A DNA stretch of 63,646 nucleotides, counting the filler, from Octopus bimaculoides (lineage: Eukaryota), in assembly GCF_001194135.2 (NCBI RefSeq). It is 5 parts of 5 records of this genome, joined end to end, with 100 filler letters (N's around TTAATTAATTAA, not from the genome) between each part and the next. Parts side by side here need not be neighbours in the genome. Positions count along the whole stretch, not along the records: positions 1 to 28,488 come from NC_068981.1; 4 more parts are not named here. One strand, 5' to 3'. Of the stretch, positions 1 to 13,556 are shown in pieces. A program made the translations under genes and the position numbers. Numbering within the stretch: the stretch's first letter is position 1; each line of letters begins with the position of its first letter. A model generated the notes under the pieces. It worked only from the letters and a program-made list of their open reading frames with translations, was not told the DNA's origin and searched no databases.

Positions 1-208
1 AAAGAATATGGCTAGGAACGAGGAAGATATGTTTGAATTTTTGGAAATAAGGCTCTAAATAGAGCTATTTCCGATTTGAAAAATATATGTTCACGAAGTA
101 TTTTGTGTTATACACAACTTATACAAAATTTTAAAACAAAATAGGTCTTTTAAGAGGTGAAAAATGCAACTTACATGGGAGCCGATGTGTCTACCGTCCG
201 TCCATGAT

Positions 209-224
209 GATAGATAGATAGAGG

Positions 225-259
<35 letters not shown>

Positions 260-260
260 G

Positions 261-310
<50 letters not shown>

Positions 311-312
311 GA
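209..312. repeat. (GATA)n microsatellite
   Basis: Near-perfect GATA tandem run. Confidence 0.95.
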
Positions 313-386
313 TAATTATTTCTAAATCTCAATCTCTAATATGAAATCTCTCCTGTTTACACTTCGGTTCAGACGCGCGCGCGCCC

Positions 387-502
387 AAATACATACATAA
401 ATACATACATACATACATACATACATACACACATACGCACATAAATATATACATACACACATACATTCATACATACACACATACACACATACATACATAC
501 AT
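387..502. repeat. (TACA)n/(CA)n compound microsatellite
   Basis: Tandem TACA units with CA interruptions. Confidence 0.9.
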
Positions 503-1069
503 AATTGATTGATTTACTGATTGTTTCATAATTAACCATCGATATCATTCCATGTTTCCCGCTGAATAGTCAACTGTCGATTGGATATTGATTTTAAATG
601 ATATATTATATGAAATTATAAATTATGATCGATTTTGTCACAAATTGGCAAATGCGAAGATGCTTGAAGACATCTTCCATCCCTTTTCACACGACATTTC
701 GGATGTACATGAGTAAAGCGAAAATTTTCCTCGCATGAATGAAAACTTAATTACGTACCCAGATTACCTTGAATTTTCCTTCTATAAACTATTAATACTA
801 TTTTGTATCTCTTCAAGTTTTATTAACTTTGGTTAATATTGATTTGTATCAAAAACACAAGGGTGTAAATTTAATAAGGATACCATTCGATTATATAGGC
901 TGTAAAATTTTGCTAGTATTCATTTTATCGATCTCAGAACCATGAAAGTCAATGTCGTTCATAGCGAGATTTGGACTCCGAACATAAAGAGACGTAAATA
1001 TATATCGCATATGGTTTTCGGCTACTGCTCTCCCGATACTGTTGATCCATTCCTTCTTCGGTAAAATAT

Positions 1070-1260
1070 TGCTTGTCAAATTTTGGCACAAGGCCAGCAC
1101 TTTCGGGGTAGCAGATAAGTTGATTACATCAGTCCCAGTGTTCAACTGATACTAATTTTAGCATGAAAGGTCGCATTTGAACTCAGAACGTGAAGTCGAA
1201 AACACAAACGCCGTTAAGCATGTTTCAGGCACGGTGGCGATTCTGCTAGTTCGCCGTCTT
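1070..1260 (-). mobile_element. SINE family A (tRNA-like head), degenerate copy
   Basis: Reverse complement reads aagacggcgaactagcagaatc...gttctgagttcaaat...gctggccttgtgccaaaattt, matching the better copies at 36330 and 62702. Confidence 0.8.
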
Positions 1261-1950
1261 CTTCGGTGAAATATAAAGTAGCAAGTAACAAAGATCAGCG
1301 TATACAGCTTGATGTTACAATAATCTAAAAATAAACTACAATAAATGCGAAACTAACTCAACAAAAGTCAAATGTGTACAGTTCCTGCAATGGCCATACG
1401 AGAGGGCGTCAACGACAGCAGCAATAAGAGGGAAAGGCTAAGAAATTTTTTATATGTGATCTACTCGAAATGGCAGCTAAATTTCGTTCAAATTATACTC
1501 CTATTTTCTTCAAAAATGTAGTTCAAGCGACACTATATCGGACTGTTACGGCTGGAATGCCTTCCTCATAAATTTTCTCGATTTAGGTTGATTTCTTACT
1601 AAACAAATATCAACACATTATCAACAGCAGTACACGTATGTGGATGCAGTTCTAACGTACGTATCAATAATATCAATATTCGTACAAGCAGTAACAGCAA
1701 CGATAAACACAAAACAAAAATGAGAAATGTGTTCGTCAAGATATACGAGCAGGCAAAACCTTAACTCAAGTATGATGCCTTATAAGACAGTAATGTATGT
1801 TTCACATAGCTGTTCAGTTATGCAATGAGGCAAGTTCACATGAGCGTAGCGTTTCCTTCATGATCATACGAATTTTCGGTGCGACCAGTTCATAAATGCA
1901 TTATGCTCGGTATTGTTGTAGACCTGACGTTTCAAAATGTTGTCGGGACA

Positions 1951-2005
1951 CTCTAGTCCAGGGTTGTCAAACATATGGCTCGCAGGCTGGATGCAACCTG
2001 TAGTA
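1951..2005 (+). mobile_element. hAT-Charlie-like terminal sequence (one end only)
   Basis: cagggttgtcaaacatatggctcgcaggctggatgcaacctg resembles Charlie/MER5-type ends (CAGGGGT..CAAAC.TACGGCCCGCGGGCCGGAT) and is preceded by ctctagtc, close to the NTCTAGAN target consensus. No partner end found. Confidence 0.5.
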
Positions 2006-4270
2006 ACGCTTAGTCCATCCTCCAGCACTGTTATTTCTTTAAGAAACTACTATCATTATTATTTTTTAATATTTTGTAACCTGTATATATCGCTCGCATG
2101 TGACCGTTGTCAGAACACGACTAGAGTTGTTATTTGCTGTTATTAATCAAATCAGTGCACCTTTGAAAATGTTTCTCTCAAGCAATGTTTGTCTCGAAAA
2201 GCTCATGAATCCATAAATTAAAAGATGAGACCTACTTTCCCTTCACCTTGTCTACAAATGACAAGCTAAAATGAAGATTTATGTTTTGTTTTTTTTGTTT
2301 TGTTTTTTTCTATGCTTATTCACGCACGCTTTCGTCCGAATGAATTGTACTGATACGTAAGATAATGAAGATTTTGAAATTGAAGGAGTACAAACTTTCA
2401 ATCAAGCATTTATTTTCTCAAGCTCTGTGTGCATTCATTTGGACAATTGCTGCCTAAGTTAGACTCTTAGTGATAAGACTTAATATATCTAGTGGATGAG
2501 TTTCCCCAAACGCCCCTGCATACAAGCATTCCTAACATCTCATAGACCTTCAATAATTTATTACTAATATAGTTGTTGTAGATGATATATATTGACCGCT
2601 TTATTTATTTGGGGTTACACTAAAATTATGGGTGTTAAGAATAATTGCCCTTATCCCACCCCTGAAACTTCGTTTATGCTTCAAAGCAGCCCTCCTTGGC
2701 GAACGAGTTTGATTTCTTTGCTTGTGTATATCGACGATAATCTTTACGTAAGTCGTGAAATTATAGTTCACGAAGTTTTGGCCGTGTAGTATATCTGACA
2801 CCTGACAACACTTGTGTACAATTAGATACATGAATGATGACAACTGATTTGATGTTTAATTGCTAACAAACATTAATATCATCGTATTTTACTTTTAAAC
2901 CATATGTCGCCAATGGGAAATTTGAAAAGTTATGTGATATACATTCATCAAAGGTACCATTTTGCTCTTTCAATTATTTTTGAGAGACAGGATTTATCAA
3001 TAAGTCATGGGACAATTGAAAGACAAATATCTTTAAAATTATTCCAGATTGTAATTGTCTTTTAGGAGACACTGAAATATGTTTGGATGGGTGAGGTCCC
3101 CATTACAAACGAATATTTTCTCGGACTCAAACAATAAAACTTCTCGAAAAACATCCATACATTTTCATTAATTACTATCAATCATCAAGGTAGCATGTCA
3201 GAATGCAGTTAATATGAAGGGTTCACTAGAGACTATTCGGGGTAAATTACAGCTACATCAAATGAATATCCACCACATAAATCACATCAGTCTTGAACGG
3301 ACTACGAAGATGGCTTGTTCGCTTGCTATGAACCATAAGGTGATCATTAATGTATTGACATCTGAAATTACACATTGCACAGTCAGCTTTCTCCACCCGC
3401 GAGCATCTTTTCGGTAAAATAATGGAGTATTTTTCTTTATAGCCGAGAGTTGAAATCATGGCATTCTTACATTAATGCATACTTCACAACCCTGTTACCA
3501 TTATAAATGACCTGGCACTACGCACCAACTAGTAACCTTAATATCGTCGCTTAGTTTACTAAAACTAAAAGTCAAAAACTTTTTCATATTACATTACATT
3601 TTATGTGGTGGATAATGTATTTTTAGATACACTGTATGAAAATTAATGTCTGGGTCGTCATGCTAGGAATATTTCGATAGATTTAATAGAATTACTCCGT
3701 TGCAAGCGTTAGGAATAAACTTCGTTTCCTTCCTTGCACATGTATTCCCCGCTGACATTGACTTGTCGATATAGAATATCATCATTGTCAGATGGTGATA
3801 TTTTACACCTGCATTCGTTAAGAGCACTAATTCAACTCGTTTCAGAAAAAGCGTCAGCGAAATGAAAATGTTTCATCAGTAATTTGAAACCGTATCTCTT
3901 ATTCAGGTCATTCCTAATTTTTATTTGTCACTATAAAATTATCAAATAAATAATTACATGAATTTGTAAAAACAAAAAAAAAAAAGATACTGTAAGTAAA
4001 GATAAAAATTATAAAAATGAATCTTTGACAAACCTTGTTAATAAATAAATAAATAAATGGAAAAAAAATCACTAAAAAGTACTAATGCAACAATATCTCC
4101 AATGTTCTTTGAAGTTTTCACAATTAAAAATGATAAATTAATTAATTAACGAAATACTTTTATTTTGTTTCTTTCTATTCTTGGATTTTTTCGACATAGT
4201 TTCTTTTAATTTTTTGTTCGTTTTATTTTTCTTCCGGTCTTTTGTTTTAATTATTTATATTCATTGCTCC

Positions 4271-4564
<294 letters not shown>

Positions 4565-4964
4565 TATGTTTTTTTCCATAATCCTTTCATCATAAGTTGA
4601 ACAATACAATAGCTAACAACAATAACAACAAATATTAATGAAAATAAATATCGGTTTTGGTTTGATCTGACCATCAGCTCTACGTATCATGGTTCAGTAC
4701 GTGTGAAAGAAACGAACACAAATTTTCTTTCGGTTATTTCCAATCGTTTTTGAAAGTGCAATGCAAAGTTTGTAGTGTAAAAGTGGTACAAATATGATAT
4801 TGTTATCTTCATATTTGTATAATGAGGCTTGACGGATTAGCACAATCTATACAATATTCGACGAAATGCTTCATGGAGATTACCTCTGGCTAACGTTTCA
4901 CCTTCAAATTCGTCACGTTGGTTTCGACATTCGTCCAGAAGGACGAAGTCGATAAAATATATAC

Positions 4965-5140
4965 CAGCTGGCAGAATCGTTAGCACACCGGTCAACGTGC
5001 TTAGCGGTATTTCGTCCGTCCTTACGTTCTGAGTTCAATTTCCGCCTTTCATCATTTGGGTATCGATAAGAGAAGTACCAGTTGAGCACTTACCTCTGCT
5101 AGAAAGTGCTGGCTTTGTGGCAAAACTTTAAAACCAATAT
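4965..5140 (+). mobile_element. SINE family A, internally deleted copy
   Basis: gctggcagaatcgttagcacaccgg...gttctgagttcaa...gcctttcatc...aagtaccagttgagcact...gctggctttgtggcaaaact. Confidence 0.85.
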
Positions 5141-6199
5141 ATACTCGCTGCATTCGATTGTGAGTGTTATCATTACACTTTAACGTGCATTGCTTCACAT
5201 GGGTGTCTAGAATGACCAAATCTCAGAGTGTCAACCACTGTAGACAAGCATTCTAACTGGCTGGGCGATTTAGCTTTTATCTACTTAATTATATAACTGT
5301 AGAAACTCGGTGATAAGATAGTATGAGCGCGTCTATATTCCAACAGTATCTTTACTCAGTGTTTGCATAGAGGAAACAGCCATCCACTTTCTGCAGCCTT
5401 TCAAGTCAATCAAATCTAGTTTAATATAATCCTGAAACAGAAATTCCTAATTCAGTCGATATACAGCCAATAGATTTTTTTCTTTTCTGTTTTGGGTGGG
5501 TTGTTTTAAATCACCCAGTCATCATATTCGTATTCACTTGATGGTGACATTTTTTTTTTTTTACTACTAAGAAGCAATTTTATCTCTCACAACAATAAAA
5601 AAATTGTAATTGAAAGCATTCGAAATTTCTCTTTATCTCTCCTACTCTTGACCTATCTGTCTTGCTGTCTCTTTGCGTCTTTGTCTTTCTCATTCTTAGT
5701 CTCTCCATCATCTTTTCTCATTCTTTTTTTAGCAGGCATTTTGGATATTGGATATATCAATTACGATTTCTTTACCCTTGGAGAATATAATAAACATTCT
5801 ATAGCGCAAGTTAGGCTGACATGAAGAACGTATTTTTTTTTTAAATTTTAATTTTGCTGAACTGCACACATTTCCATCTCCAATGACTTAAAATTCGTTG
5901 GTGTGCATTCAATGAGATATTTTTTTCCTCGTTTATAGCCATTGTGTAGCAATGCTTCATAGAAAATGCATTCAAACAACGTCCCGTTTTGACACTTTAT
6001 TGTTACTTGCCGCCACCAAACAACTCCCATTCATATAACGCATAGAAGAATCAACAAATCTCTGTTGTTAAAATCCAATGTTTTCATTTGTGTATATTTG
6101 CTACTTTACGAAACCAAACATGTATTATTATATATAACAACTAGAAGTCCGTGGATGCTGTCAGTAATAAAAGCTTCAGACATAAATAGATATACGAAT

Positions 6200-6290
6200 T
6201 ATGTATGTATGTATGTATGTATGTATGTATGTATGTATGCATGTATGTATATATGATGTATGTATGTATGTATGTATGTATTTGAATACA
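6200..6290. repeat. (TATG)n microsatellite
   Basis: Tandem TATG. Confidence 0.95.
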
Positions 6291-6792
6291 CATAAATACA
6301 CATGCTCGAACATAGATAAGTACATACATAAATACATACCAAATAAACCTACGTACATACACGCATGCGTGCACACACACACATATGCATACATGCATAC
6401 ATATATGCAGAAGAAAGAAACTAGAAAGTGATTATATATAGTTGCAATAATCCAGCTAAATGAAATGCAAAGATGATAAGATTTTATGGAAACGAAGAAC
6501 AATTTGTGTGTGTGTATGTGTAGGCATGTATATANNNNNNNNNNNNNNNNNNNNNNNNNNNNNNNNNNNNNNNNNNNNNNNNNNNNNNNNNNNNNNNNNN
6601 NNNNNNNNNNNNNNNNNNNNNNNNNNNNNNNNNNNNNNNNNNNNNNNNNNNNNNNNNNNNNNNNNNNNNNNNNNNNNNNNNNNNNNNNNNNNNNNNNNNN
6701 NNNNNNNNNNNNNNNNNNNNNNNNNNNNNNNNNNNNNNNNNNNNNNNATATATATATATATATGAGATTTGGTATTACATGGTATGATTTGT

Positions 6793-6845
6793 TATGATAT
6801 GATATGATATGATATGATATGATATGATATGATATGGCATGATAT
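6793..6845. repeat. (ATATG)n pentanucleotide microsatellite
   Basis: About 8 consecutive GATAT units. Confidence 0.95.
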
Positions 6846-7599
6846 CAACACAACATTTAGATTCACATTCGGGTATGGTGCAGGCGAGTAGTTGTCGGAA
6901 TTAGCATGTAGAAAGGACATTAAGGAACAACTTTGAAATGAGCAACTCCTTGCAATCGCAAAAAAAAAAAAATGATTTGCAAGTTTCACTATGCTAATCT
7001 AATCCATGTACTGACGTTCCACAGATTACCAATACGCTCCTAAAGCCTGTGATAATCACTGGCAGCGAGAGCTGTTCTGTGATATCTCGGAGTTGCTACT
7101 TAAGAAATTGTTTGAAGGCAGTAAATGTATGATGGCAGACTGAATTGCGTTTCGGCAGCTGCATCAGCGCCAGCGTAGTTTTCTCTGCAACATCCACTTT
7201 GCCCACACTGCATTAGTAAATGACTAGAAAAAGTGCTTCGAATGTAGCCTGTCTGAGTCTCCCTAGTGGATTTCTTCATTCGGATGCGTCCCTTTTATGC
7301 GGCCGAAATAATTTTTCAATGTTATGATGTTCTGACGCTTATGAATGAGTTGAATAACCTTCGGCGAACGACAGGCGGCAGTCGTTTCTAGAGAATGAAA
7401 CGCTTAAAGACGAACATTCATTGTAGCCATTGACGAGACAAATCTAATCGATGAGAGACAACAGAAGGTATATGGCGACACATATACTTTCGTTTTGAGA
7501 ATAATTCCTTCAGCAGAATGTCACTTACATGTTCTCCTTGACAGGCTACTGAAGTACCAACTGGCATCTATGAAATATTTATTATCGTGAGTTTATAGT

Positions 7600-9240
7600 T
7601 TGATGGTTTTGTCAGGTACCTGATAGATATCAGGCTAATACTCCCACACTTGTTGCAGATATGAAATCAAAGAGGATTTTTATACTAGATTAGACTGCGT
7701 CCTCTCCGGAATGCGTAAATAAGATAAAGTCATTTGAAGGGTGACTTCGCAGCCAGAGATGGCAAAGGCCTAAACTTCTGAATGACACAAATGCAAGGGT
7801 ATGACGATGGAAAAGCTGACTCAAATTACGTCCCTGCTTTAAATTAAATATGAAAGATATGACTTTGCAATTACCAACTCAATATTCTCACAAGCAAACA
7901 ATTAGAGTATTGTTGATAACACCCACGATCAAAGCAGGAAGCACCTTAATGAATCAATTTAAAGAATCCGCGATCACATGGGTGTACATTTAATAGGTGT
8001 CACTGACAGTCACTTATCGGGCCAACGAAGCACTGATAAATGCGATGTAATGTGCAAATTAAACAAGCTCTAAAGTGACGTCGACACCGGAAATGATACC
8101 AGTGGAATGTCACACTGAGTTTCAGACTCTAAAAAAATGAGAACGGTAGAACAACTTCATCAGTGTCTACTCGATATATTATCACCCATCTACCTTAACA
8201 ATATGACAATGTTGAAACATATTACTCTTTTAAGGTAGACATCTAAGCAGCTTATGAAGAATTTCTGCGTTTTACCTCAGAGATACATTACGATGAGTTG
8301 ACAAAATCAATGACCAAATCAGCAGCTGTTTGAAGGAATGGGAGCATCTTTCCATGCCAACCAAAATATGAGGAATCTCGAATACAAATGAAAAGCCTTC
8401 TGCAAAGGGAAACCTGCATTTCAGAAACAGACACGCACACAGGACGAATAAATTATGACAAGAGGTATTTCTTCTGTGCTGTTAAAGTATTATATAGTCT
8501 TACTACAACAGATCTAACAATTCTCATATCTAAAGATGGTACACAATTTATAACTGAAGGCAAGCAGCTATTAACTGATGGAATTATTATTTCGAAGACT
8601 TGTTTAATCGCGACGGTAAAACCAAGGAAATATTTATAGATTATATTGCACAAAGACTAAATATGAGCAACTTAGCTCGCCACCTGATATCGCATAAATC
8701 AAAACCTCAACCTGATCGCTAAAAAAATAAGCTGCGCGGATCTGACGATATTCTGTTTGTGATATGTTAAGTCTTGATATGAAGTATTGCAAATAAAGGA
8801 TCACCTGATTTTCTTGCTAATCTGGACGTGAAAAGAAATATAAAGACAACTTAGACAGGTACACATTTTCTTCATCAAGAAGGGTGACTAATTAAAGTGT
8901 GGCAACAAGAGAAGAAACTTGCTGGAATAAATGTCGCTAGAATCCTACTTAACTGGCTAAACCTACTATCGGAAATTCACCTACTCAAATTTCGACATAG
9001 TTTCGAACTTCCAAGGGTAGTATTAATTAGAAATTCTGTGCATGCCAGTTAGAGGGGGACATGCCGTAAGCAGCATGCTCCGCTATACAAGACTGAAGGC
9101 ATAATTGCAATCAATGCATAAATGGTGGCGTTCTATAAAAGTGTAAAAGAATTTGGTAAAGTATAAAAATTCATCGCAATTACGCTGCCTCTACAACACA
9201 ATAAAAAATTCTTCTCGTCCAACATCAAGATATTCAACAT
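7600..9240 (+). mobile_element. Old, heavily degraded RTE(-BovB-like) LINE: AP endonuclease to start of RT
   Basis: Frameshifted motifs in RTE order: EIKEDF..RLDCVLSG..DKVI/GDFAARDGK (~7663-7770), FAITNSIF (~7865), HPRSKQ (7920), ISKDGTQFITEGKQLL (~8525), VARILLNWL (~8935). Confidence 0.7.
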
Positions 9241-9539
9241 TTTTGGAATAGTATATTGCATTTCTTTCACATTTTCCGATTACAAAACTTAATATTTAGC
9301 GTTTCTGCCCGAATAAGCACCAGCTACTTTGTCTTATTCGGAGGCACACTGATACGTGTGTCTGTGCGTGAGTGCGTGAATGCATATGTAAATATATGCA
9401 CAAATCCATATGCGTTTGTATATGTGTGTACATGCGTGCTTGTTTGCGTGAGTGTATGTATGTATTATGATATATGTATGTATATTAAATATGTATGCAA
9501 TGCATAAACACATATATATGTATGCGTATACATATATAT

Positions 9540-9560
9540 GGTGTGTATGCGTGTGTGTGT

Positions 9561-9618
<58 letters not shown>
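9540..9618. repeat. (TG)n microsatellite
   Basis: Tandem TG. Confidence 0.95.
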
Positions 9619-9619
<1 letters not shown>

Positions 9620-10389
9620 TGTTGTTATACTTCTGTAATTTGGCATCTATATGTATGTAATTTGGTTTTAAGCTAATCTTCTGTCTGCAATTCATGTTAA
9701 TAAATTTTTGCAAATTGTTTTCAATTTAATCCTTTCTGTTCCTTTGGAATAAAAATAAAAAGGCATAAATCTTTAAATATGAACTTAATGAGATAAATTT
9801 TCAATAATCAATTTTTGTGAGGGGAAATAATCGAATATTAATGTTTAAAGTTAATAAAATGAAATAGCAAACTGTTCATTTTTATCGAATCCTAATTCAT
9901 ATTTCTGGAAAATGAATATGAGAAATAAATGCAAGCAAAACAAGAAACTATAATTGGAATTTATATAAGAAGAAAAGGAAATTATTTTGCAATTTTGCAC
10001 ATAGCAGCCTATTCTCTTCATTGTTTACTTTTTTTTGTACAATTTTAGCGAATATTAATAATTTATTTGCCAAATAATAATTTCAGTTTCGTCTTTATGC
10101 AAAGAAAATAACCCGTTAAATTTCAGCTGATTTCCTTAATTAATATGATTGGTTTTTTAAAAAACATATAAATTTAAAGACAAAGTAATATGAAAATATA
10201 AAAATATCGATTTCAATATTTTTGACAAGGTACTGGACTTTGAGAGAAACTCGATTAAAAACTCACACCTTCAAAAGAGATAGAGAAAACACAGAAACCA
10301 TGTATAGGAGCGTTAATTCTGTCTCTGACAGTGTTTATTTTTATATGAGAGTGGAATACAAAAGAATTAGCCCAAACACTCTATCATGC

Positions 10390-10690
10390 ATGCGCTGATA
10401 TGGACGTGTCCCCTGTCTCCCGCTAGATCATCCTATCAGAGCTTTACTCTCATTCGACGCAGTGGCTGTGGCCTGGAAGAGGCCTCGTGGTTGGCCCCAC
10501 ACCAGATGGCTAGACATGATTGAGGAAGGTCTCCAGAAGCTCGACGTTATCTTGGAGGATGCAGAGGGGTTGGCAAGGGACAGCCAGCGATGAAGAGCAA
10601 CGGTCGGCTCTACGAATACTGACGCCTCTGGGACCACTAACTTGGATTGACCCCAGCCCCATCAGGCAAGAGCCTGAAGCCACGAGTCAA
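10390..10690 (+). mobile_element. 5'-truncated RTE-clade LINE 3' end (distinct family)
   Basis: Translates as ..DHPIRALLSFDAVAVAWKRPRGWPHTRWLDMIEEGLQKLDVILEDAEGLARDSQR*, the typical RTE C-terminal WKRPRGRP..RW.D...A..LA.DR..W motif. Confidence 0.75.
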
Positions 10691-10954
10691 TCAGACTCTA
10701 TCATGGATTAGCGATGAATTTTGTTTTTTATTAGCCCCCAAATAGGCCTGATTCTGTAGATCTATTATCATTGAAACAACATTCCCTCGTGTATCTTTAT
10801 TTTCTTCTGATGTAGTTTATCAGTATCTACATTACTGAATGTTTCCAATTTTACGACAGACAGTGGGGTGTAATTTGAGGGTGTAATTTGTTAGAAACCA
10901 GCTTCTTCAAAGGAAGGATTTAAATAATCGAAAACAGGCAGACTGGAAGACAGA

Positions 10955-11093
<139 letters not shown>

Positions 11094-11234
11094 AAATGCA
11101 CACACAACACAGACATATTTTTTTTCGGAGGGAGAATTACTACTGGCTCTAATGGAACATCCAAACGCCCATTTGAAGACAGACAGACAGACAGACAGAC
11201 ACACACACACACATGCACGCACAAAAAATACACA

Positions 11235-13464
11235 TGTGAGTTTAAGAAATATTCCTTTGATATATTTCCGCTTTCTGAAACTTGTCTCTCTGGTGAAGGT
11301 CAAGTAAATGAACCTACTTATGGATATACTATCTTTTGGAGATGCCTAGCTAAAGGTCAGCGTAGAAAGTCTAGTGTTGGGTTTGCTCTCAACAATTCAT
11401 TAGTATCCTTCACTGCAGAGCTTCCAAGTGGTATATCTGAACGAACCATAGCATGCCGTATTAAACTGACAAAAGGTAGGTTTCTTACCGTTGTCAGTAT
11501 TTATGCACCAACAATGTCCCATTCTGACGAAACTGTAGGACAGTTTTATGATGACCTAGCACAATTATTGAGGAAAGTATCAATTCCTGACAAGCTGGTC
11601 ATATTGGGAAATTTCAACACAGGAGTTGGAACGGACTACGTTTCATGGTCTGTTTTAGGTCGACATGGGATTGGAAAAGGTAATAAAAATGGAGTAGCTC
11701 TTTAGACGTTTTGTACGGAGAATAAACTGATTGTCACCAACACTGTTTAAGCAGAAAAATAAAAATAAAACCACCTGAATGCACTCAAGATCTAAGTAAT
11801 GGCATCTCATAGATTTTATTCTGACCATAGAACGTGGTATGAAAGACGTTTCTAGCGTTCTGGCCATGAGAGGAGCAGAGAGCTGGACTCATCATCATCT
11901 AGTGCGTGAGAAAATAAATTTTTCGATAATGCCTTAATATCGACAGTCTTGTCCTAAGGTGCCCAAAAAGTTAAATGATGCAAACTTTAAACTATCAAGC
12001 AACTTGCAAAGATTCTTCGATGCTATACAAAGTATCAACCTTGACCCAAACAATCTATGGGAAGATTTCAAAACAAAAATATTTCAGGCTGCAAGTTCGT
12101 CGTTGGGAGTCAAATCACGTAAATCCAGTGACTGATTCTCAGATAGATCAGCAGAAATTCATGATCTACTTTTAGAAAAACAAAACTAAAGCAATACACT
12201 TCTTTTCTTTCTCAGTCCTTGAACCCTAACTCAAACGAACCATACAGAAAGCTGAAAGGGAAAGTGCAGACTTCTCTAATGAAGATTAAACAGGAATGGT
12301 GGAATGATAGAGCACAAGAAGCGGCTGATAGAAATGATGCTAAGGGTTTGTACTCTTATGTTAAGGAGCGAAATGACCCAAAATCTTCTTCAATAGCTCT
12401 AGTGAGAACAGAAAGTGGACGTTTGCTTCTGACTGACACAGCTTCTATTTATAAGCACTGGGTAGACCATTTTTCTGCACTCTTGAATAGACCATCATCC
12501 GCTGACATGAGGATGATAGAAAAATTCGAACACTCTCCAGTTATAGAAGAAATAACATTTGAACCAACTCTGAATGACATTTATTTAGCTGTGAATAAAC
12601 TGAATAACAATATGTCTCCAGGGTCTGATGGAATCTGTGCAGAAGTCTTGAAATATGGGGGTGGCAAAAAAATGTTAGAACTCTTATATTAATTTGTCAT
12701 TGTTGGAAAACTGAGAAAGAGTCTTAAAACTGGATTGATACCATTTTAGTTGTCTTGTATAAATCGGGGCCAAAGGATCTGTGTGGCAATTTTCGTAGGA
12801 TTTCGCTTTTGTTTGTGATTTGAAAGGTACTTGCTCGCATTTTGTTAGAACGTTTAAATACCTTCATAGTTCCAAATGGTGAGCTTGCAGAGAGGAAACG
12901 CTATCGGCGTAAACCTAAAAAAAGTTTTTTTAAGGGCGGCATAAGGACTACTATGAAGTCACTTGGAATGGATCCAGAGGACATAGAAACCCTGGCTTTG
13001 GATAGAGCTAGATGGTGAACAAAAGTGTGGAGTAGAGTGAAAGCGTTTGAAGAGGCCAGGATAACACATGCAAGACTCAAAAGAGATTTAAGGAAGAATG
13101 TTACGATCGAAAAATTGAATCACAATGTATTTTTGTGTGCACAGTTTGTGACAGACCATGCCTTTCTTTTGCTGAGCTCAAATCTCATTTGCGAAGCCGT
13201 GGAAAGCAAACCTCCACTAACATTTCTGCCTATATGTCTGCGCACATCTTTGAATGCAATGTCTGCCAGGAGATTTGCAAATTTAACGGAAGCCTCAAAA
13301 GACATTTTAAAATCCACAAAGGTCAGAACTTTGCTGCTCTTTGTAGTTCAAATCGTATAAGCAATCTATATGGATGTCTTTTCAGAACATTGTCTGCTTT
13401 AGAAAACCACATCAGATGCCATGATGGTTCTAAGGTGTAGGTACAGGGGATGGTCAAACTCTCC

Positions 13465-13465
<1 letters not shown>
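11235..13465 (+). mobile_element. RTE(-BovB-like) LINE, internally deleted, with C-terminal C2H2 zinc fingers; dead copy
   Basis: APE motifs (SETCLSGEG, YTIFW, VGFA, SIYAPT..SDE...FYDDL, DKLVILGNFN..VG, GRHGIGKGNKNG, HLIDFI); linker (KQEWW, HWVDHFSALLN, NNMSPGSDGICAEVLKYGG); RT start (LARILLERL); C-terminus (GELAE.KR, ALDRARW, KAFEEAR); zinc fingers 13138-13425, stop at 13438-13440; (TATG)n tail follows. Multiple stops and frameshifts. Confidence 0.92.
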
Positions 13466-13495
<30 letters not shown>

Positions 13496-13556
13496 TGTAT
13501 GTATGTATGCATGTATGTATGTATGCATGCATGTATGTATGTATGTATGTATGTAT
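13466..13556. repeat. (TATG)n tail of the RTE element
   Basis: Begins immediately after the short 3' UTR of the RTE. Confidence 0.85.

Noticed and set aside
5345-5390. IFQQYLYSVFA*EE, resembling the CR1 'FN.yF.SVFt.E' motif
   Set aside because: Too short, with no supporting neighbouring motifs
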